The notes: generated from the letters alone by a model not told the origin. A DNA stretch of 63,248 nt, filler included, from an uncultured Methanosarcinales archaeon (GCA_964405295.1; 22 parts of 22 records of this genome joined end to end with filler, not necessarily neighbours in it), one strand, 5' to 3'; numbered from the whole stretch's first letter, positions 1 to 10,491 are shown. A program made the numbers and translations.

Positions 1-722
1 ATTGACATACGGTAGCGCATCCCATGGATGACTGTAAAGAAAACATAGTCATCAGCACCACGCGGACCATCACCGAACCAGCGCGACAAGTGTTTTTCTA
101 CTGTAGCTCTCGCCTTCTCCCCAATTGGCACTTCCCTGGTCTTTTTTCCCTTGCCATGAAGCCTCACGCTCGAACCTGAATCGAAGAAGTTAAGGTCACG
201 AATGTGCAAATCAAGCATTTCGGAGACCCTAGCGCCACTTTCATACATTAGGATCATGAAGGCAAGGTCACGGTTTCCGAACCTCGAATCCTCTGGTTGC
301 TCCAGTATGCTTTTTAAGGCATCCTCCCTTAGCCAGCCAATCATCGGTTTTTCTGCGGTGGCCATGGGAATGGAAAGGACTCCCGAGCCCCAGACTGTGA
401 GTTCGAAATCACAGTCCATCACATACCGTGCATAGGTCTTCAGGCATGCAAGTCTCTGGTTTCTTGTAGCCTTTCCAGCTCCAGACTTCTCAACCCAACA
501 AAGGTAGTCGAGAAAGAAATCACGGGTGGCTTGCTCAAAAGTGAACTTGAAAAAGTTTTTTTCAGTCTTTTCTTCTATATAATCACGAAGACGGCGCAGA
601 CAGCACCTGTAGGATGTAATGGTGTTTAGGCTACGCCCCAACTGACCCACCAGATAATCAGACAAGAAAGCTCCTGTATAGCTGAACAGAGGCTGCGTAA
701 GATGGTTTTTAATGGTTTTCAT
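1..722 (-). CDS. Tyrosine recombinase, third RIT gene (3' end truncated by contig edge)
   Basis: Not in the ORF track. Manual translation from ATG at 722 gives MKTIKNHLTQPLFSY...SLNTITSYRCCL...TRNQRLACLK...RDLAFMILMYESGARVSE...VRLHGKGKKTREVPI, a XerC/D-like core-binding domain plus the catalytic R and K motifs. Confidence 0.9.
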   Translation of the reverse strand, partial: MKTIKNHLTQPLFSYTGAFLSDYLVGQLGRSLNTITSYRCCLRRLRDYIEEKTEKNFFKFTFEQATRDFFLDYLCWVEKSGAGKATRNQRLACLKTYARYVMDCDFELTVWGSGVLSIPMATAEKPMIGWLREDALKSILEQPEDSRFGNRDLAFMILMYESGARVSEMLDLHIRDLNFFDSGSSVRLHGKGKKTREVPIGEKARATVEKHLSRWFGDGPRGADDYVFFTVIHGMRYRMS

Positions 723-2308
723 CTGAGGACCTCCTGTGGATACATGGTTTCAAACTGCTTCATGTTTTCACGGATCATCGGAAAGGAAGAGTCCACCAGA
801 GAAATATAATGGTAGGTATCCTCTAGAGAAGTGTGACCTAGGTAAGCGGAGAGATAAGGAAGCCAATAGGTATAGTCGACCTTGTCCCTGTACCACTCCT
901 CCAACTTCCTGGAGACCAGAGTATGGCGGAAACAATGTATCGTAGGCTTCTTATCCACCATTTCTGCAAATTCTGTCATATTCCAAATATTGGTGAAGTA
1001 TCTGCAGAGGCTGGTATCTACGAGATTGTTCCCCAACAAATCACCGACAAAGAAATACTGGCGGTTAGGGATACTCCTTTGAATCTCCTGGTCGTATTTT
1101 TTGGCCAGGACCAGAAGGTCCTCAGGCATGTACACGAGGCGGTCCTTCATGAGTTTTGCCCCCAGAATCTTCACCTTCCCAGTCCCGAGGTCGACATCTC
1201 CACGATTGAGCATTACCGCCTCATTCAACCTCAAGCCCATACAATAATAGAACCGGAAGATGACTGGCAGGGTCAGTCTGACAAAGGGACTTTTAGCCGG
1301 GTAGCGTTCCGAGCATGCGAAGAAGTCAACCAGCTCCTCATATCTGAAGATATGGGGTCTGCAAGAGGTAGCAGAAGGGCAGCATGGGGCAATGTATGCC
1401 TTATGCCCCCTAGAAATGAGGAAATTTGCAAACTGGCGGATGATACTGACCCGCTTGTTCCGGTACATCAGGCTTTCGGTAGGTCTTTGGATCGACCATT
1501 GCTGTACCAGGGCCTTGGTAAGGATGGGTTGGCTCTCCTTTTTCTTCTTACACAACAGGTCAAAATATTTGAGCATTTTCCGCTCTGATTCATACTTGAA
1601 TCCTGAAACCTTTTTGTCTAGGACAAAGACTTGAAGCAATTCAGCAAAGATGCTTCCAAATTTGTAGTTCTCAGCTGGATGCCCTTCTCTGTTACGGGTC
1701 GGCATTATCTCAAGAGGAAGACCCTTGGCTGTCTTGAGAAAAATGCATAATCCTCTTGCTACGTACCGGTAATCCTCTCTAGAAGCTAGGGTCTGTATCC
1801 GATTCTGGTGCCAAGCATTGATAAAATCTGGTGTAATATCCTCTATTCGTCCTATGTCTTGCTCACAGCAATAACGATCGAACGATTTCAGAGCAGCATC
1901 CTCATCTTTGTATCTCTTTCCTTGTTGTTGTTTGATGCTGATAAATTCATCAATGAACTCAGCCAAGATACTTTTGCACTCATAAGATTTTTTCAATACG
2001 ATCGGTACCAATAAGCTTTCAGGATTTTCTGCATTGAGGTAGAGGGAAAAACCACGAACCGCAGCAAAAAGTCCCTTCTTCGAACTTGGTGAACAATCCT
2101 CTATTGAAGCGAGCCATTTGGTTATGAGATCCTGCGTGAAAACAGGAGCTTTGATATCTATTTCGATGCAAAATCGGTCGAATATTTTCAGATCCCAAGT
2201 CGCATGGGCAAAAGTTACTCCTGAGGCCTGCTTTTGTTGTATAAATTCAGTTATCTTCAGACCAAGGACACTTTGGTATTCTTTTTTGTAAAATGATGAC
2301 TCTTTCAT
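719..2308 (-). CDS. Tyrosine recombinase, second RIT gene, with a triplicated N-terminal domain
   Basis: Catalytic motifs GLRLNE, AKLMKDR, IHCFRHT, YLGH and TYHY. The likely start is ATG 2308 (MKESSF), which overlaps the upstream stop and follows a GGAGG RBS. Confidence 0.9.
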   Translation of the reverse strand: MKESSFYKKEYQSVLGLKITEFIQQKQASGVTFAHATWDLKIFDRFCIEIDIKAPVFTQDLITKWLASIEDCSPSSKKGLFAAVRGFSLYLNAENPESLLVPIVLKKSYECKSILAEFIDEFISIKQQQGKRYKDEDAALKSFDRYCCEQDIGRIEDITPDFINAWHQNRIQTLASREDYRYVARGLCIFLKTAKGLPLEIMPTRNREGHPAENYKFGSIFAELLQVFVLDKKVSGFKYESERKMLKYFDLLCKKKKESQPILTKALVQQWSIQRPTESLMYRNKRVSIIRQFANFLISRGHKAYIAPCCPSATSCRPHIFRYEELVDFFACSERYPAKSPFVRLTLPVIFRFYYCMGLRLNEAVMLNRGDVDLGTGKVKILGAKLMKDRLVYMPEDLLVLAKKYDQEIQRSIPNRQYFFVGDLLGNNLVDTSLCRYFTNIWNMTEFAEMVDKKPTIHCFRHTLVSRKLEEWYRDKVDYTYWLPYLSAYLGHTSLEDTYHYISLVDSSFPMIRENMKQFETMYPQEVLR

Positions 2309-3093
2309 TTGAACACCTCCGGGACACCGATAGGGCCGAGAGGTATTGAGCAATGCATCATCCTCTCTTGGTCTATGCTCAAATAGGGATCTATGGATAA
2401 GGGGCTGTCATGTCCAAGAAATCCGGACACCAGCTCATGACTCACATTGCACCTTAAAAGATCAGAGGCAAGTGTTCTTCGCATGATTTGCATCCCCGAT
2501 GGTTGTCCGTCAGGTTTTTGTGTCACTAGCTTTGTGGATGCTGCAAAACAGTTTGAACTAGCCTTAAGTCTGCCAAAAGGGAATCGATGGGAGACAAATA
2601 GGTAAGGAGAGTCGGTCTCGGGCCGATGGTCCAGCACGTAATCGGCAATTGCATTCCCGACTACAGGGATGAGAGGGAGAACCATCTCTTTCTTTGTTTT
2701 CTGCTGGACCAACCTTATGTGGTTCTCAATCCATGAGATGTCGGAGAACTTGAGATTGATGATATCCACCGATCTTAGTCCGAGGTACAAGGCTAGCATA
2801 GCCATGGCATAGCTACGGTTTAGATAATCACCCTTAGAGTTCCTTGCTGCACATATTTCTCTCTTCTGTTCCTCTGAGAGGATAGTTACAATCTTGCTAG
2901 GGATACGGTATCTGGTCTTGATTGCATGTTCGAGCATCCTATCCACAAGGTTTTTGCGCCCAAGATATCTTACGAACATTCTGATCCGGTACTGATAGGC
3001 ACGTTTTCCGTTGTTTGTGGAATGACCATTCGTTTCAGCTTCATATCGCAGACAAAGCTCACGGGTCAGTCCTGTTGGGTTCATGCATCCACA
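2305..3093 (-). CDS. Tyrosine recombinase, first RIT gene (5' truncated)
   Basis: Motifs LGLRSVDI, QQKTKK, IMRRTLAS, LGH and IDPY. Confidence 0.85.
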   Translation of the reverse strand, partial: CGCMNPTGLTRELCLRYEAETNGHSTNNGKRAYQYRIRMFVRYLGRKNLVDRMLEHAIKTRYRIPSKIVTILSEEQKREICAARNSKGDYLNRSYAMAMLALYLGLRSVDIINLKFSDISWIENHIRLVQQKTKKEMVLPLIPVVGNAIADYVLDHRPETDSPYLFVSHRFPFGRLKASSNCFAASTKLVTQKPDGQPSGMQIMRRTLASDLLRCNVSHELVSGFLGHDSPLSIDPYLSIDQERMMHCSIPLGPIGVPEVFK

Positions 3094-3211
3094 NNNNNNN
3101 NNNNNNNNNNNNNNNNNNNNNNNNNNNNNNNNNNNNNTTAATTAATTAANNNNNNNNNNNNNNNNNNNNNNNNNNNNNNNNNNNNNNNNNNNNTAAAGAT
3201 TATTATCTATG

Positions 3212-6200
3212 TTATAATTCACCTTCTATTCTTTCTGATTTAGATTTTTTAGTAGATTCATCTCTTAATTCATAATTTTCTAAATCTTCTAAAACTTTAC
3301 CTAATAATTCATTTGATTTTTTAATATTTTCTTTCTCGGTTAATATTTTCTTATAATATCTTTTAAGTTTATCAATCTCAATAGAATTTTTTGTTTTTTT
3401 AATTTTATCTAAAATATCTTTTTCTGTTTTAAGTCCACTTTTTAATTCAGTAGTATTTTCAGCTTTTACATTTTGTAATGCTACCTTAAACATTCTATAA
3501 GCATCTATATTATTTCTTATAGCCATGTGATAAACTTCTTCTACATAAGATTTGTCACCTTGAATTATAGCTTTCTTATAAAGTTTTATAGCTTTAGATT
3601 TTGTTAATCCTTTTGATGAAGGAAATGCTAAATCAGATGGATACCATTCTTTATCTTCCCTCAATAAATTAGTTGAACTATATGGTAATGGTGATTTTAT
3701 AATTGTTTTAATAGCACCTAATGTCCAATCCCATCCTTTTTTATCTCTTAAATCCCAATTTTCATATCCACTTAATGTTTTCCCTGTGAATAATTGTATT
3801 CCTAATTGTAATTGTGGAGCAGCTTTACCACCAATTTTTTTTAACATTGGTTTTGGAAAATGAATTCCTTCATCATCCATAATTAATTCAGGAAATTCCC
3901 TAAATTGTTTTCCCCATCTCATATAGCGTTCAGATCCATCATCATATCTTCCTGTAAATAAATGCGTTTTATGACCAAGTGTATTATTAAACATTGTATA
4001 ATCCCAAAACTTCATATTTTTAGGATATATATCCGGATTTTCTTTTTCATCCTCACTTCTGAAATAATAATTTAACATATTCATTCCAACTCCATAGTAT
4101 AAACCTGCTTTAAGCCAAAACATAGCTCCTGCCTTACGTCTAATGTTTGCACTCTCTTTATACATTGCACCCGCTCCTGTTGGTGCTAAAGCTTGTCTAA
4201 TCGTACTAATAGTCCAATCAGGAGAAAGTAAAAACCACCTTAACATTTGCTGTTGTTTATTCGATACCATAAGAACATCCCAATTCTGACCACCAAAAGA
4301 ATCATTAATAAATTTTGCTTGTTCTTTTAAATATGTTGTTGGATTTTTTGTTTTTTTAGGCATTCTTAATTTTGCACTTTCAAAAGCATATAGCTTTAAT
4401 CCATCATGTAAATATTCCCATAATCCTTTATCCCAATTTTCATTAAATGTTTTTAATAAATAAGTTAATTGTTTTGCTACAGGAACTTTTTTGGTTTTCT
4501 GATAAAGTTTTTCTAAAGATTCTTGTATTCTTTTAACAGGATAATCCTGAGTAGAACCAAATTGAACTCCTGCTTTTATAGCTTCTATTGTTAATTCGGG
4601 ATTTTTAAAAGTTGGAATATCACCTTTTTTCCTTAATCCTTCATATAAAAAATCTTTTGTTAATACTTTTATTGCTTTAGGTAAATCCATTTTAGCAATA
4701 GCAGTTTCAGTTAATGCTGCATGATGGAATAATGATAAACTTAATTGAGTTTTCTTTAAAAACCCTCCTACATCTTCATAAGCTTTAATTATATCAAATT
4801 CTTTTCCAAGCAAATTTACTCTAGCAGTAAATCTACTATCAAATATTACATCTAAATAATTTTTTATATCTGGATGTACTTTATAATATGATGGGATTAT
4901 TTTATCAGGCTTTCCATTTTTACCAGGAATATATACATTTATTTTAAATGCTGGATGTTCCATAGTAACATAACCTGGAGGAGCTTGATTTGCCTTCATA
5001 ATAAGGTTTAATCCATCTTTCTTTATTTCTTTTAAGTTTTTTATAAACTTATTATTAGAAATTACATTATGAGATATTGAACTATGAACTCTAATTATAT
5101 CAGTAATATCAAGATGTTTAGGTTTTAAATCAAATAATTCAATACCTTCCTTTAATGTTTCGATATATCTTTTTTTAAGAAACTTATTTTGTGTGGCAAA
5201 CCAATTACTTACATCTTGTCGTTTGTTAACAGGAACATCCCATATATGAGTTACATAATCTGATATTTGTTCTGATGAAAGTTTATCAGTATTTTCAGTT
5301 ATATATTTCCACATATCATCAAAATATTTTCTTACTTCTTTGACAAGTGGTTCTAGTTTCTGTCTAGTTTCTTTATCTGCATATAAAGTTTCTAAATCTT
5401 TTCTGCCAAGCTTTTTTGGAACATCAGTTTTTTCTAATAAAAATGGAAGTAAATCTCTTTCTGCTTTTGTTGTAACTTTTTTTATTCCATTTATAAATAA
5501 ATTTGTTTTAAAAGAATTTACATCTAATTCAACCCTTCTATCAAAAATCTTTTCTCTAATATTTCCTTTTAATTGTTTTTTTTCTTTTTTTAATTCTGAT
5601 CTTTTTTTATTTACATTTGATTCTACTATTTTAGATAATCCTTTACCACTTTCGGTAAATTCATTAGATAATCCAATATCAATTTTAAATCTATCAACAT
5701 ACTCGTCAACATGATCACCTGTAATTTTATATTTTTTAACTATTTCTTTTAATTGTTTAATAATCTCCTCAATTTTAATTCCAGTTTTAGTTGCTAATCC
5801 ATCAGCTATTTTATAAACAGCTTTATAAACACTTGGTCTATCTAATGGATTTTCACCAGATTCAAATATTATTTTTTTACGTGCACCTATAATATCGGCT
5901 AATTCATCTATTCCATTTGCTATTTTATCATCAGCAATTTTTATACGTTCTTTGTTTCGTAACTCCTCTACTTTTTCATTATAAGCTGTTCTTTGTTCAG
6001 AATTTTTTATTTCAGGAACTAATTTTTGTGCTTCAGATATTTCTTTTGTAGCAGCAAGTCTTTCTTCAAAAGTTTCGGGTTGTTTTACTTTTGGAGTTTC
6101 TTTTTTAACTTTTGGTTTTTTTTCTTCCTTTACTACTTTTTCTTTAATTGGTTTTACCTTTTTCTTAACAGTAGTTTTTTTATTAATAGCCTCAATTAAT

Positions 6201-6223
6201 CGGTCTGCTTGTTTTTCGAGTTC
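3212..6223 (-). CDS. C-terminal ~1000 aa of a giant phage protein (probable internal virion/ejection or large polyvalent protein)
   Basis: The frame continues open from the listed start (5314) towards the contig edge. It is K/E-rich and helical, with segments such as AKFINDSFGG and FLLSPDW that resemble C-termini of giant phage virion proteins. Confidence 0.55.
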   Translation of the reverse strand, partial: ELEKQADRLIEAINKKTTVKKKVKPIKEKVVKEEKKPKVKKETPKVKQPETFEERLAATKEISEAQKLVPEIKNSEQRTAYNEKVEELRNKERIKIADDKIANGIDELADIIGARKKIIFESGENPLDRPSVYKAVYKIADGLATKTGIKIEEIIKQLKEIVKKYKITGDHVDEYVDRFKIDIGLSNEFTESGKGLSKIVESNVNKKRSELKKEKKQLKGNIREKIFDRRVELDVNSFKTNLFINGIKKVTTKAERDLLPFLLEKTDVPKKLGRKDLETLYADKETRQKLEPLVKEVRKYFDDMWKYITENTDKLSSEQISDYVTHIWDVPVNKRQDVSNWFATQNKFLKKRYIETLKEGIELFDLKPKHLDITDIIRVHSSISHNVISNNKFIKNLKEIKKDGLNLIMKANQAPPGYVTMEHPAFKINVYIPGKNGKPDKIIPSYYKVHPDIKNYLDVIFDSRFTARVNLLGKEFDIIKAYEDVGGFLKKTQLSLSLFHHAALTETAIAKMDLPKAIKVLTKDFLYEGLRKKGDIPTFKNPELTIEAIKAGVQFGSTQDYPVKRIQESLEKLYQKTKKVPVAKQLTYLLKTFNENWDKGLWEYLHDGLKLYAFESAKLRMPKKTKNPTTYLKEQAKFINDSFGGQNWDVLMVSNKQQQMLRWFLLSPDWTISTIRQALAPTGAGAMYKESANIRRKAGAMFWLKAGLYYGVGMNMLNYYFRSEDEKENPDIYPKNMKFWDYTMFNNTLGHKTHLFTGRYDDGSERYMRWGKQFREFPELIMDDEGIHFPKPMLKKIGGKAAPQLQLGIQLFTGKTLSGYENWDLRDKKGWDWTLGAIKTIIKSPLPYSSTNLLREDKEWYPSDLAFPSSKGLTKSKAIKLYKKAIIQGDKSYVEEVYHMAIRNNIDAYRMFKVALQNVKAENTTELKSGLKTEKDILDKIKKTKNSIEIDKLKRYYKKILTEKENIKKSNELLGKVLEDLENYELRDESTKKSKSERIEGEL

Positions 6224-6454
6224 TNNNNNNNNNNNNNNNNNNNNNNNNNNNNNNNNNNNNNNNNNNNNTTAATTAATTAANNNNNNNNNNNNNNNNNNNN
6301 NNNNNNNNNNNNNNNNNNNNNNNNATAGCTCCTGCAATAACTGAAACTAATAGTCTCTTATTCATTTGTATCACCTCTTACAATAATTATACCATTATTC
6401 TATATCAATATAAATTTAAAAATTGTTTCATCAAAAAAAGCCAAATTGGCTTTT

Positions 6455-6802
6455 TTATTTGTGACCTATTTTTGGAACTATGCAAATGAATCGAAATATA
6501 CTTTTACCTGAATTACTAAATTGATGCATTGCACCTGGTGGTACAAAAGCAAAAGATCCAGCCTTAACTTTGTTTATTTTGCCATCAATAAATAGTTCTC
6601 CTTCACCGTCAATCATATAATTAATATGTGGCCATGGATGGTTATGTTTAGGAGTATATCCATCTTTTTCTACTTCTACCACTCGCATTACATAATCTTC
6701 CCAACCTTCTACTGGAGAAACTAACACCTTCATCGCAGAATTTTTAGCACCAGCCATTATAATAGCCTTGCTCTCTAAGTTTTCAATATTTCCAATAATC
6801 AT
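6455..6802 (-). CDS. Cupin domain protein
   Basis: Cupin motifs PKHNHPWPHINYMIDGEG and VPPGAMHQFSN, with a GGAGG RBS. Confidence 0.9.
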   Translation of the reverse strand: MIIGNIENLESKAIIMAGAKNSAMKVLVSPVEGWEDYVMRVVEVEKDGYTPKHNHPWPHINYMIDGEGELFIDGKINKVKAGSFAFVPPGAMHQFSNSGKSIFRFICIVPKIGHK

Positions 6803-6901
6803 TTTTTATCCTCCATTTAAAATATATTCTATCGTGTTTATTATATCATGAAGATACAAATTATTATTAAAAATGACATGATCACTTTTTTAAGGAAAGA
6901 A

Positions 6902-6934
6902 AAAATCACAATCTAGTTTTCAGATTGTGATTTT
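6902..6934 (-). terminator. Intrinsic terminator after guaC
   Basis: 13-bp stem AAAATCACAATCT/AGATTGTGATTTT directly after the stop codon. Confidence 0.75.
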
Positions 6935-6936
6935 CA

Positions 6937-8010
6937 TTACTCAACAAATACATCGTTAAATTGCTTTGTTACTCTAATAAATGTAGTGCATTTAGATAAC
7001 TGTTTTAAAGTAGGCGCGCCTACATAAGTACATGTGGATCTAATTCCTCCAAGTAAATTTCTAACACTATATTCAACCTTACCCCTGTAAGGGATTCTCA
7101 CTGTTCTACCTTCTGAACTTCTATAATCTGCAATACCACCATGATGTTTGTCCATCGCAGTATTTGAACTCATTCCATAAAACTCTACAAATTTTCTATT
7201 TTGATACTTTGGATCTTTTAATTCTTTTCCAACCAATCCCGTAAGATAAGTTTCAAGAATAACTTCTCCTCCACCTTCATCATGTCCTGCTAACATTCCT
7301 CCAAGCATAACAAAATCAGCTCCAGCTCCAAAAGCTTTTGCTACATCCCCAGGAGATGTACATCCCCCATCTGAAATAATATGAGCTCCAAGACCATGCG
7401 CTGCATCAGCACATTCCATAATTGCACTTAATTGAGGGTATCCAACACCTGTTTGAATTCTAGTAGTGCATACACTACCTGGTCCAATACCAACTTTGAT
7501 TATGTCTGCACCTCTTAAAATTAATTCTTGAGTCATATCTGCGGTAACAACATTCCCAGCAATAATTGTATGATTTGGATAATCTCCTCTAACTTTTTCA
7601 ACAAAATCTCCAAAAGCATTCGAATATCCATTAGCAACATCAATACAAATGAACTTTATACTTGAATATGTTTTCAATATGATCTTTAAATTCTCGTAAT
7701 CTCTTTTGCCAATTCCAGTACTAACAGCGAAATATTCAGGGTTAATACTAATCTTACTAAAATCTTCTAGATTATAGCTTTTTACTAAACAAGTAAAAAG
7801 TTGTGATTTTTCTAATTCCAAAGCCATTTCAATTGTTCCAACACCATCCATATTAGAGGCCATTATTGGAATGCCATTCCACTCGTGTTTGCTGTATTTA
7901 AAATTATATTTTCTAGATAATATTACTTCTTTGCGACTGCTCAAAGTAGATCTTTTTGGTCTAATTAGTACATCCTTAAAATCGAGTTTAATATCATTTT
8001 CCATTCTCAT
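6937..8010 (-). CDS. guaC: GMP reductase (E. coli-like type 1)
   Basis: N-terminus [26 protein letters not shown], active-site loop [13 protein letters not shown], plus DGGC, FYGMSS and YRSSEG. AGGAGG RBS before ATG 8010. Confidence 0.95.
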   Translation of the reverse strand: MRMENDIKLDFKDVLIRPKRSTLSSRKEVILSRKYNFKYSKHEWNGIPIMASNMDGVGTIEMALELEKSQLFTCLVKSYNLEDFSKISINPEYFAVSTGIGKRDYENLKIILKTYSSIKFICIDVANGYSNAFGDFVEKVRGDYPNHTIIAGNVVTADMTQELILRGADIIKVGIGPGSVCTTRIQTGVGYPQLSAIMECADAAHGLGAHIISDGGCTSPGDVAKAFGAGADFVMLGGMLAGHDEGGGEVILETYLTGLVGKELKDPKYQNRKFVEFYGMSSNTAMDKHHGGIADYRSSEGRTVRIPYRGKVEYSVRNLLGGIRSTCTYVGAPTLKQLSKCTTFIRVTKQFNDVFVE

Positions 8011-8091
8011 AATCTTACCTCCTAATTTATTCACAGTTTAATTATAACAAACAAATAAGATATTAGTATAAATGGTTAAAAAAAAACAAAA

Positions 8092-8115
8092 ATAACTGGA
8101 ATTTAATCCAGTTAT
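8092..8115 (-). terminator. Probable intrinsic terminator
   Basis: ATAACTGGA/TCCAGTTAT stem followed by a T-rich tract on the minus strand. Confidence 0.65.
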
Positions 8116-8136
8116 ATTCAAATAGCATTTTAAATA

Positions 8137-8886
8137 CTAATCTTTTGGATGGCCTACTGTTGCTACATAAATAGTGAATTCTTTTTCTCCATCAACACCA
8201 AGTAATTTATCACAATCAAGTTGTGAATATGCTCCAATTGCAACCATACCTAAATTCAAACATGTACTATTTAAGTATAGATTTTGGCAAGCATGGCCTG
8301 CCTCCATTGAAATCATTTTATGAGCAGTGAAACTATATTTATATTCAGTTCTTATTGGAGTTGCTGTCCAGAAAAAGACAACTTGAGCTCCCCTAAATTG
8401 ATTTCTTAGCGCTTTATTAACCCAATTGATGTCTACGTCACTCTTAATCATATAAAGTTTGCCATCTCTACCATTATAGTGATATAAACCTTTTTCAAGA
8501 TTTTCAACATTATCAATATATAGATATGTTTCCAATGATTTTGTAGCTCCTGGTGTAGGAATTACACCCATAGTCCAGTTTTTACCTATCTTGTGGATCT
8601 TACAAGTGTTTATAACTAGATAACTTAGTTCATCAAAAGTTAAAGCTTGATTCTTATATTGACGAATGCTTTTTCTTAACTGAACCGATTCCATTAACGT
8701 ATGTTTCTCTAAATGAGAAACATTCACTTCTAAATCAATAATATTATCACTTTCATACTGTTTTAAGTAAACAGGTCTTTCTAATCCTTGACCCTGATGA
8801 GTTTCATTTGAATCAAGTTCTTCCCAAAGAGGTTTCAAGCTTTCTCGATATATCTTATTTATCTTTTCCATTTCTTGCTTCTTCAT
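8137..8886 (-). CDS. SagB/ThcOx-like nitroreductase family protein
   Basis: Motifs LRKSIRQY, PTPGATKSLETY, GLYHY, MEAGHACQNLYL and LGMVAIGAY. Confidence 0.85.
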   Translation of the reverse strand: MKKQEMEKINKIYRESLKPLWEELDSNETHQGQGLERPVYLKQYESDNIIDLEVNVSHLEKHTLMESVQLRKSIRQYKNQALTFDELSYLVINTCKIHKIGKNWTMGVIPTPGATKSLETYLYIDNVENLEKGLYHYNGRDGKLYMIKSDVDINWVNKALRNQFRGAQVVFFWTATPIRTEYKYSFTAHKMISMEAGHACQNLYLNSTCLNLGMVAIGAYSQLDCDKLLGVDGEKEFTIYVATVGHPKD

Positions 8887-8948
8887 AATATCACCTATTC
8901 CTTTCTTACTAAAATATGACTATTTACTACTTTTCCAATCAAATACAT

Positions 8949-9044
8949 TTATTCCATAAACAATTTCATCCCAACATATTCAAACAAGTCATCTATATCA
9001 TTCTCTTGAATTAATCTAATTTCTAGTCTTTTAGTTTCTATCAT
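8949..9044 (-). pseudogene. N-terminal remnant of a RimJ/RimL-type GNAT acetyltransferase
   Basis: AAGGTG RBS, then MIETKRLEIRLIQENDIDDLFEY, a typical RimL-type N-terminus. The frame stops after 31 codons. Confidence 0.5.
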
Positions 9045-9425
9045 TTTAATCACCTTATATCTATTATATCAAACTTATGTAATTATTTGCGATACCTTTC
9101 TAAAAAAATATAGAAAAAACACTTTAAGCTAGGCTCAAAGTGTTCATTTCTTAAAAATAAGAGGTTTTGTTTATTAGTTATTTGTTATTATTTATAAGGA
9201 CTGAAGTCGACGTTGCTGAATGTATCGTCACTTTCGTCTTTATATCCTGTAGCAAAGATTGTATCATATGTTAATTGAGGATCTGTAGCTAATAAAGTAT
9301 CGATTGGAGAATAGGCAGTTTTTGNNNNNNNNNNNNNNNNNNNNNNNNNNNNNNNNNNNNNNNNNNNNTTAATTAATTAANNNNNNNNNNNNNNNNNNNN
9401 NNNNNNNNNNNNNNNNNNNNNNNNT

Positions 9426-10472
9426 TATATCCGGGTGTTTGGAACTCAGTTATTGATACAGAGATTATTCCTTAAAGCACTAAAGATTGATGATGACTGG
9501 ACTGCGATAAGTAATATCCTTAATTACTCTGAGGTACTGGATGCTACTGAGAGACAGAAAGTATTTAACTATCTGAAAGATCCAAGTAAGAGCAATCAGG
9601 AAGCGTGGGAACTATATCAGGCAAGCGGAGTAGTTGCAGCTTATAGATTCGACCAACCACTTAGTTTATACAATGAAGATGGAAGTTTGTGTAAGTTGGG
9701 TTGGGAGGGTGAAACCTTAGATTCTGGCAATTTAACAATAGGAACTAAGTATAAGATTACTGCACAGGATGGTGGAGATTTCACAACTGATGGTGCTCCT
9801 GATAGTAACGTGGGAACCGTATTTGTTTCAACTGGAACAAATGTAACTTTAGACGCAAATGATACAGTAGTAGAAGTGGGTGAAGGTGTAGCTAAAGTGC
9901 TTGATGTTGGGGGCGGTGGAGTTGATGGCTTGACCTATTTTAATCTCCTTCAGTCTGATATTTCACTTCAGCCAAAGCATGCGGCTAATGGGAATAATTA
10001 TTATGGGCAGAAAAGTCTTGATGTTCCTTCACCATTATTGTCACCAGATGCAGACATAGATATGGAGATATGCTTTATGTCTAATGATGCAAGTAATTCT
10101 TCACACATAGTTGCGATTGATGACACAAGAAGATTTATAATCGAAATTTATAATAGTGTATTAAAGGTATGTTTTTATAATGGAACTTATGTAACAAAAA
10201 CAATAGCATTTACAGACATAGATTCTTTCCATGTGTTGAAGGTTCGATATAATTATACGTCGGAAGATTTTACGGCAACATTAGATGATGTGGAAATGAC
10301 AGGAACAATAACTTTGAACTATGCAGTGATTCCAGATATAAGATGTATTGGTCATGGGGGTAATTCAGAATTAGATTTTAATGGTATAATTAAATACCTT
10401 AAGGTGATAGAATATGTGCCTACGGTTCTTTTAGTAGGGACGGCATTATTAACAGGGACAGGGTTATTATGA
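9426..10472 (+). CDS. Hypothetical protein, probable viral structural protein with a LamG/concanavalin-like C-terminus (5' truncated)
   Basis: The frame is open to the contig edge. The C-terminal half is beta-rich and ends in DFNGIIKYLKV, similar to LamG-type ends. Confidence 0.45.
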   Translation, partial: YIRVFGTQLLIQRLFLKALKIDDDWTAISNILNYSEVLDATERQKVFNYLKDPSKSNQEAWELYQASGVVAAYRFDQPLSLYNEDGSLCKLGWEGETLDSGNLTIGTKYKITAQDGGDFTTDGAPDSNVGTVFVSTGTNVTLDANDTVVEVGEGVAKVLDVGGGGVDGLTYFNLLQSDISLQPKHAANGNNYYGQKSLDVPSPLLSPDADIDMEICFMSNDASNSSHIVAIDDTRRFIIEIYNSVLKVCFYNGTYVTKTIAFTDIDSFHVLKVRYNYTSEDFTATLDDVEMTGTITLNYAVIPDIRCIGHGGNSELDFNGIIKYLKVIEYVPTVLLVGTALLTGTGLL

Positions 10473-10491
10473 TAAAAGAAAGGAAATTATT

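Larger units (their letters stand above)
1..3093 (-). mobile_element. RIT-like (recombinase-in-trio) element, both ends missing
   Basis: Three consecutive tyrosine recombinase genes on the minus strand, each coupled to the next by an ATGA start/stop overlap (2305-2308 and 719-722). Confidence 0.85.

Noticed and set aside
736..2014. Several plus-strand ORFs (for example 923-1588, 221 aa) inside the recombinase gene
   Set aside because: Antisense shadows of a well-supported gene, with no recognisable motifs. The same applies to shadow ORFs in IS66, primase, fibre and ABC genes.
3094..3193. Recurring N-run/TTAATTAATTAA/N-run blocks about every 3 kb
   Set aside because: Artificial contig linkers with stops in all six frames. 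They are not biological repeats, and gene adjacency across them is meaningless.
3212..6223. Stop-codon reassignment in the AT-rich phage contigs
   Set aside because: Long ORFs and dense gene packing are obtained with the standard code, so there is no sign of recoding.
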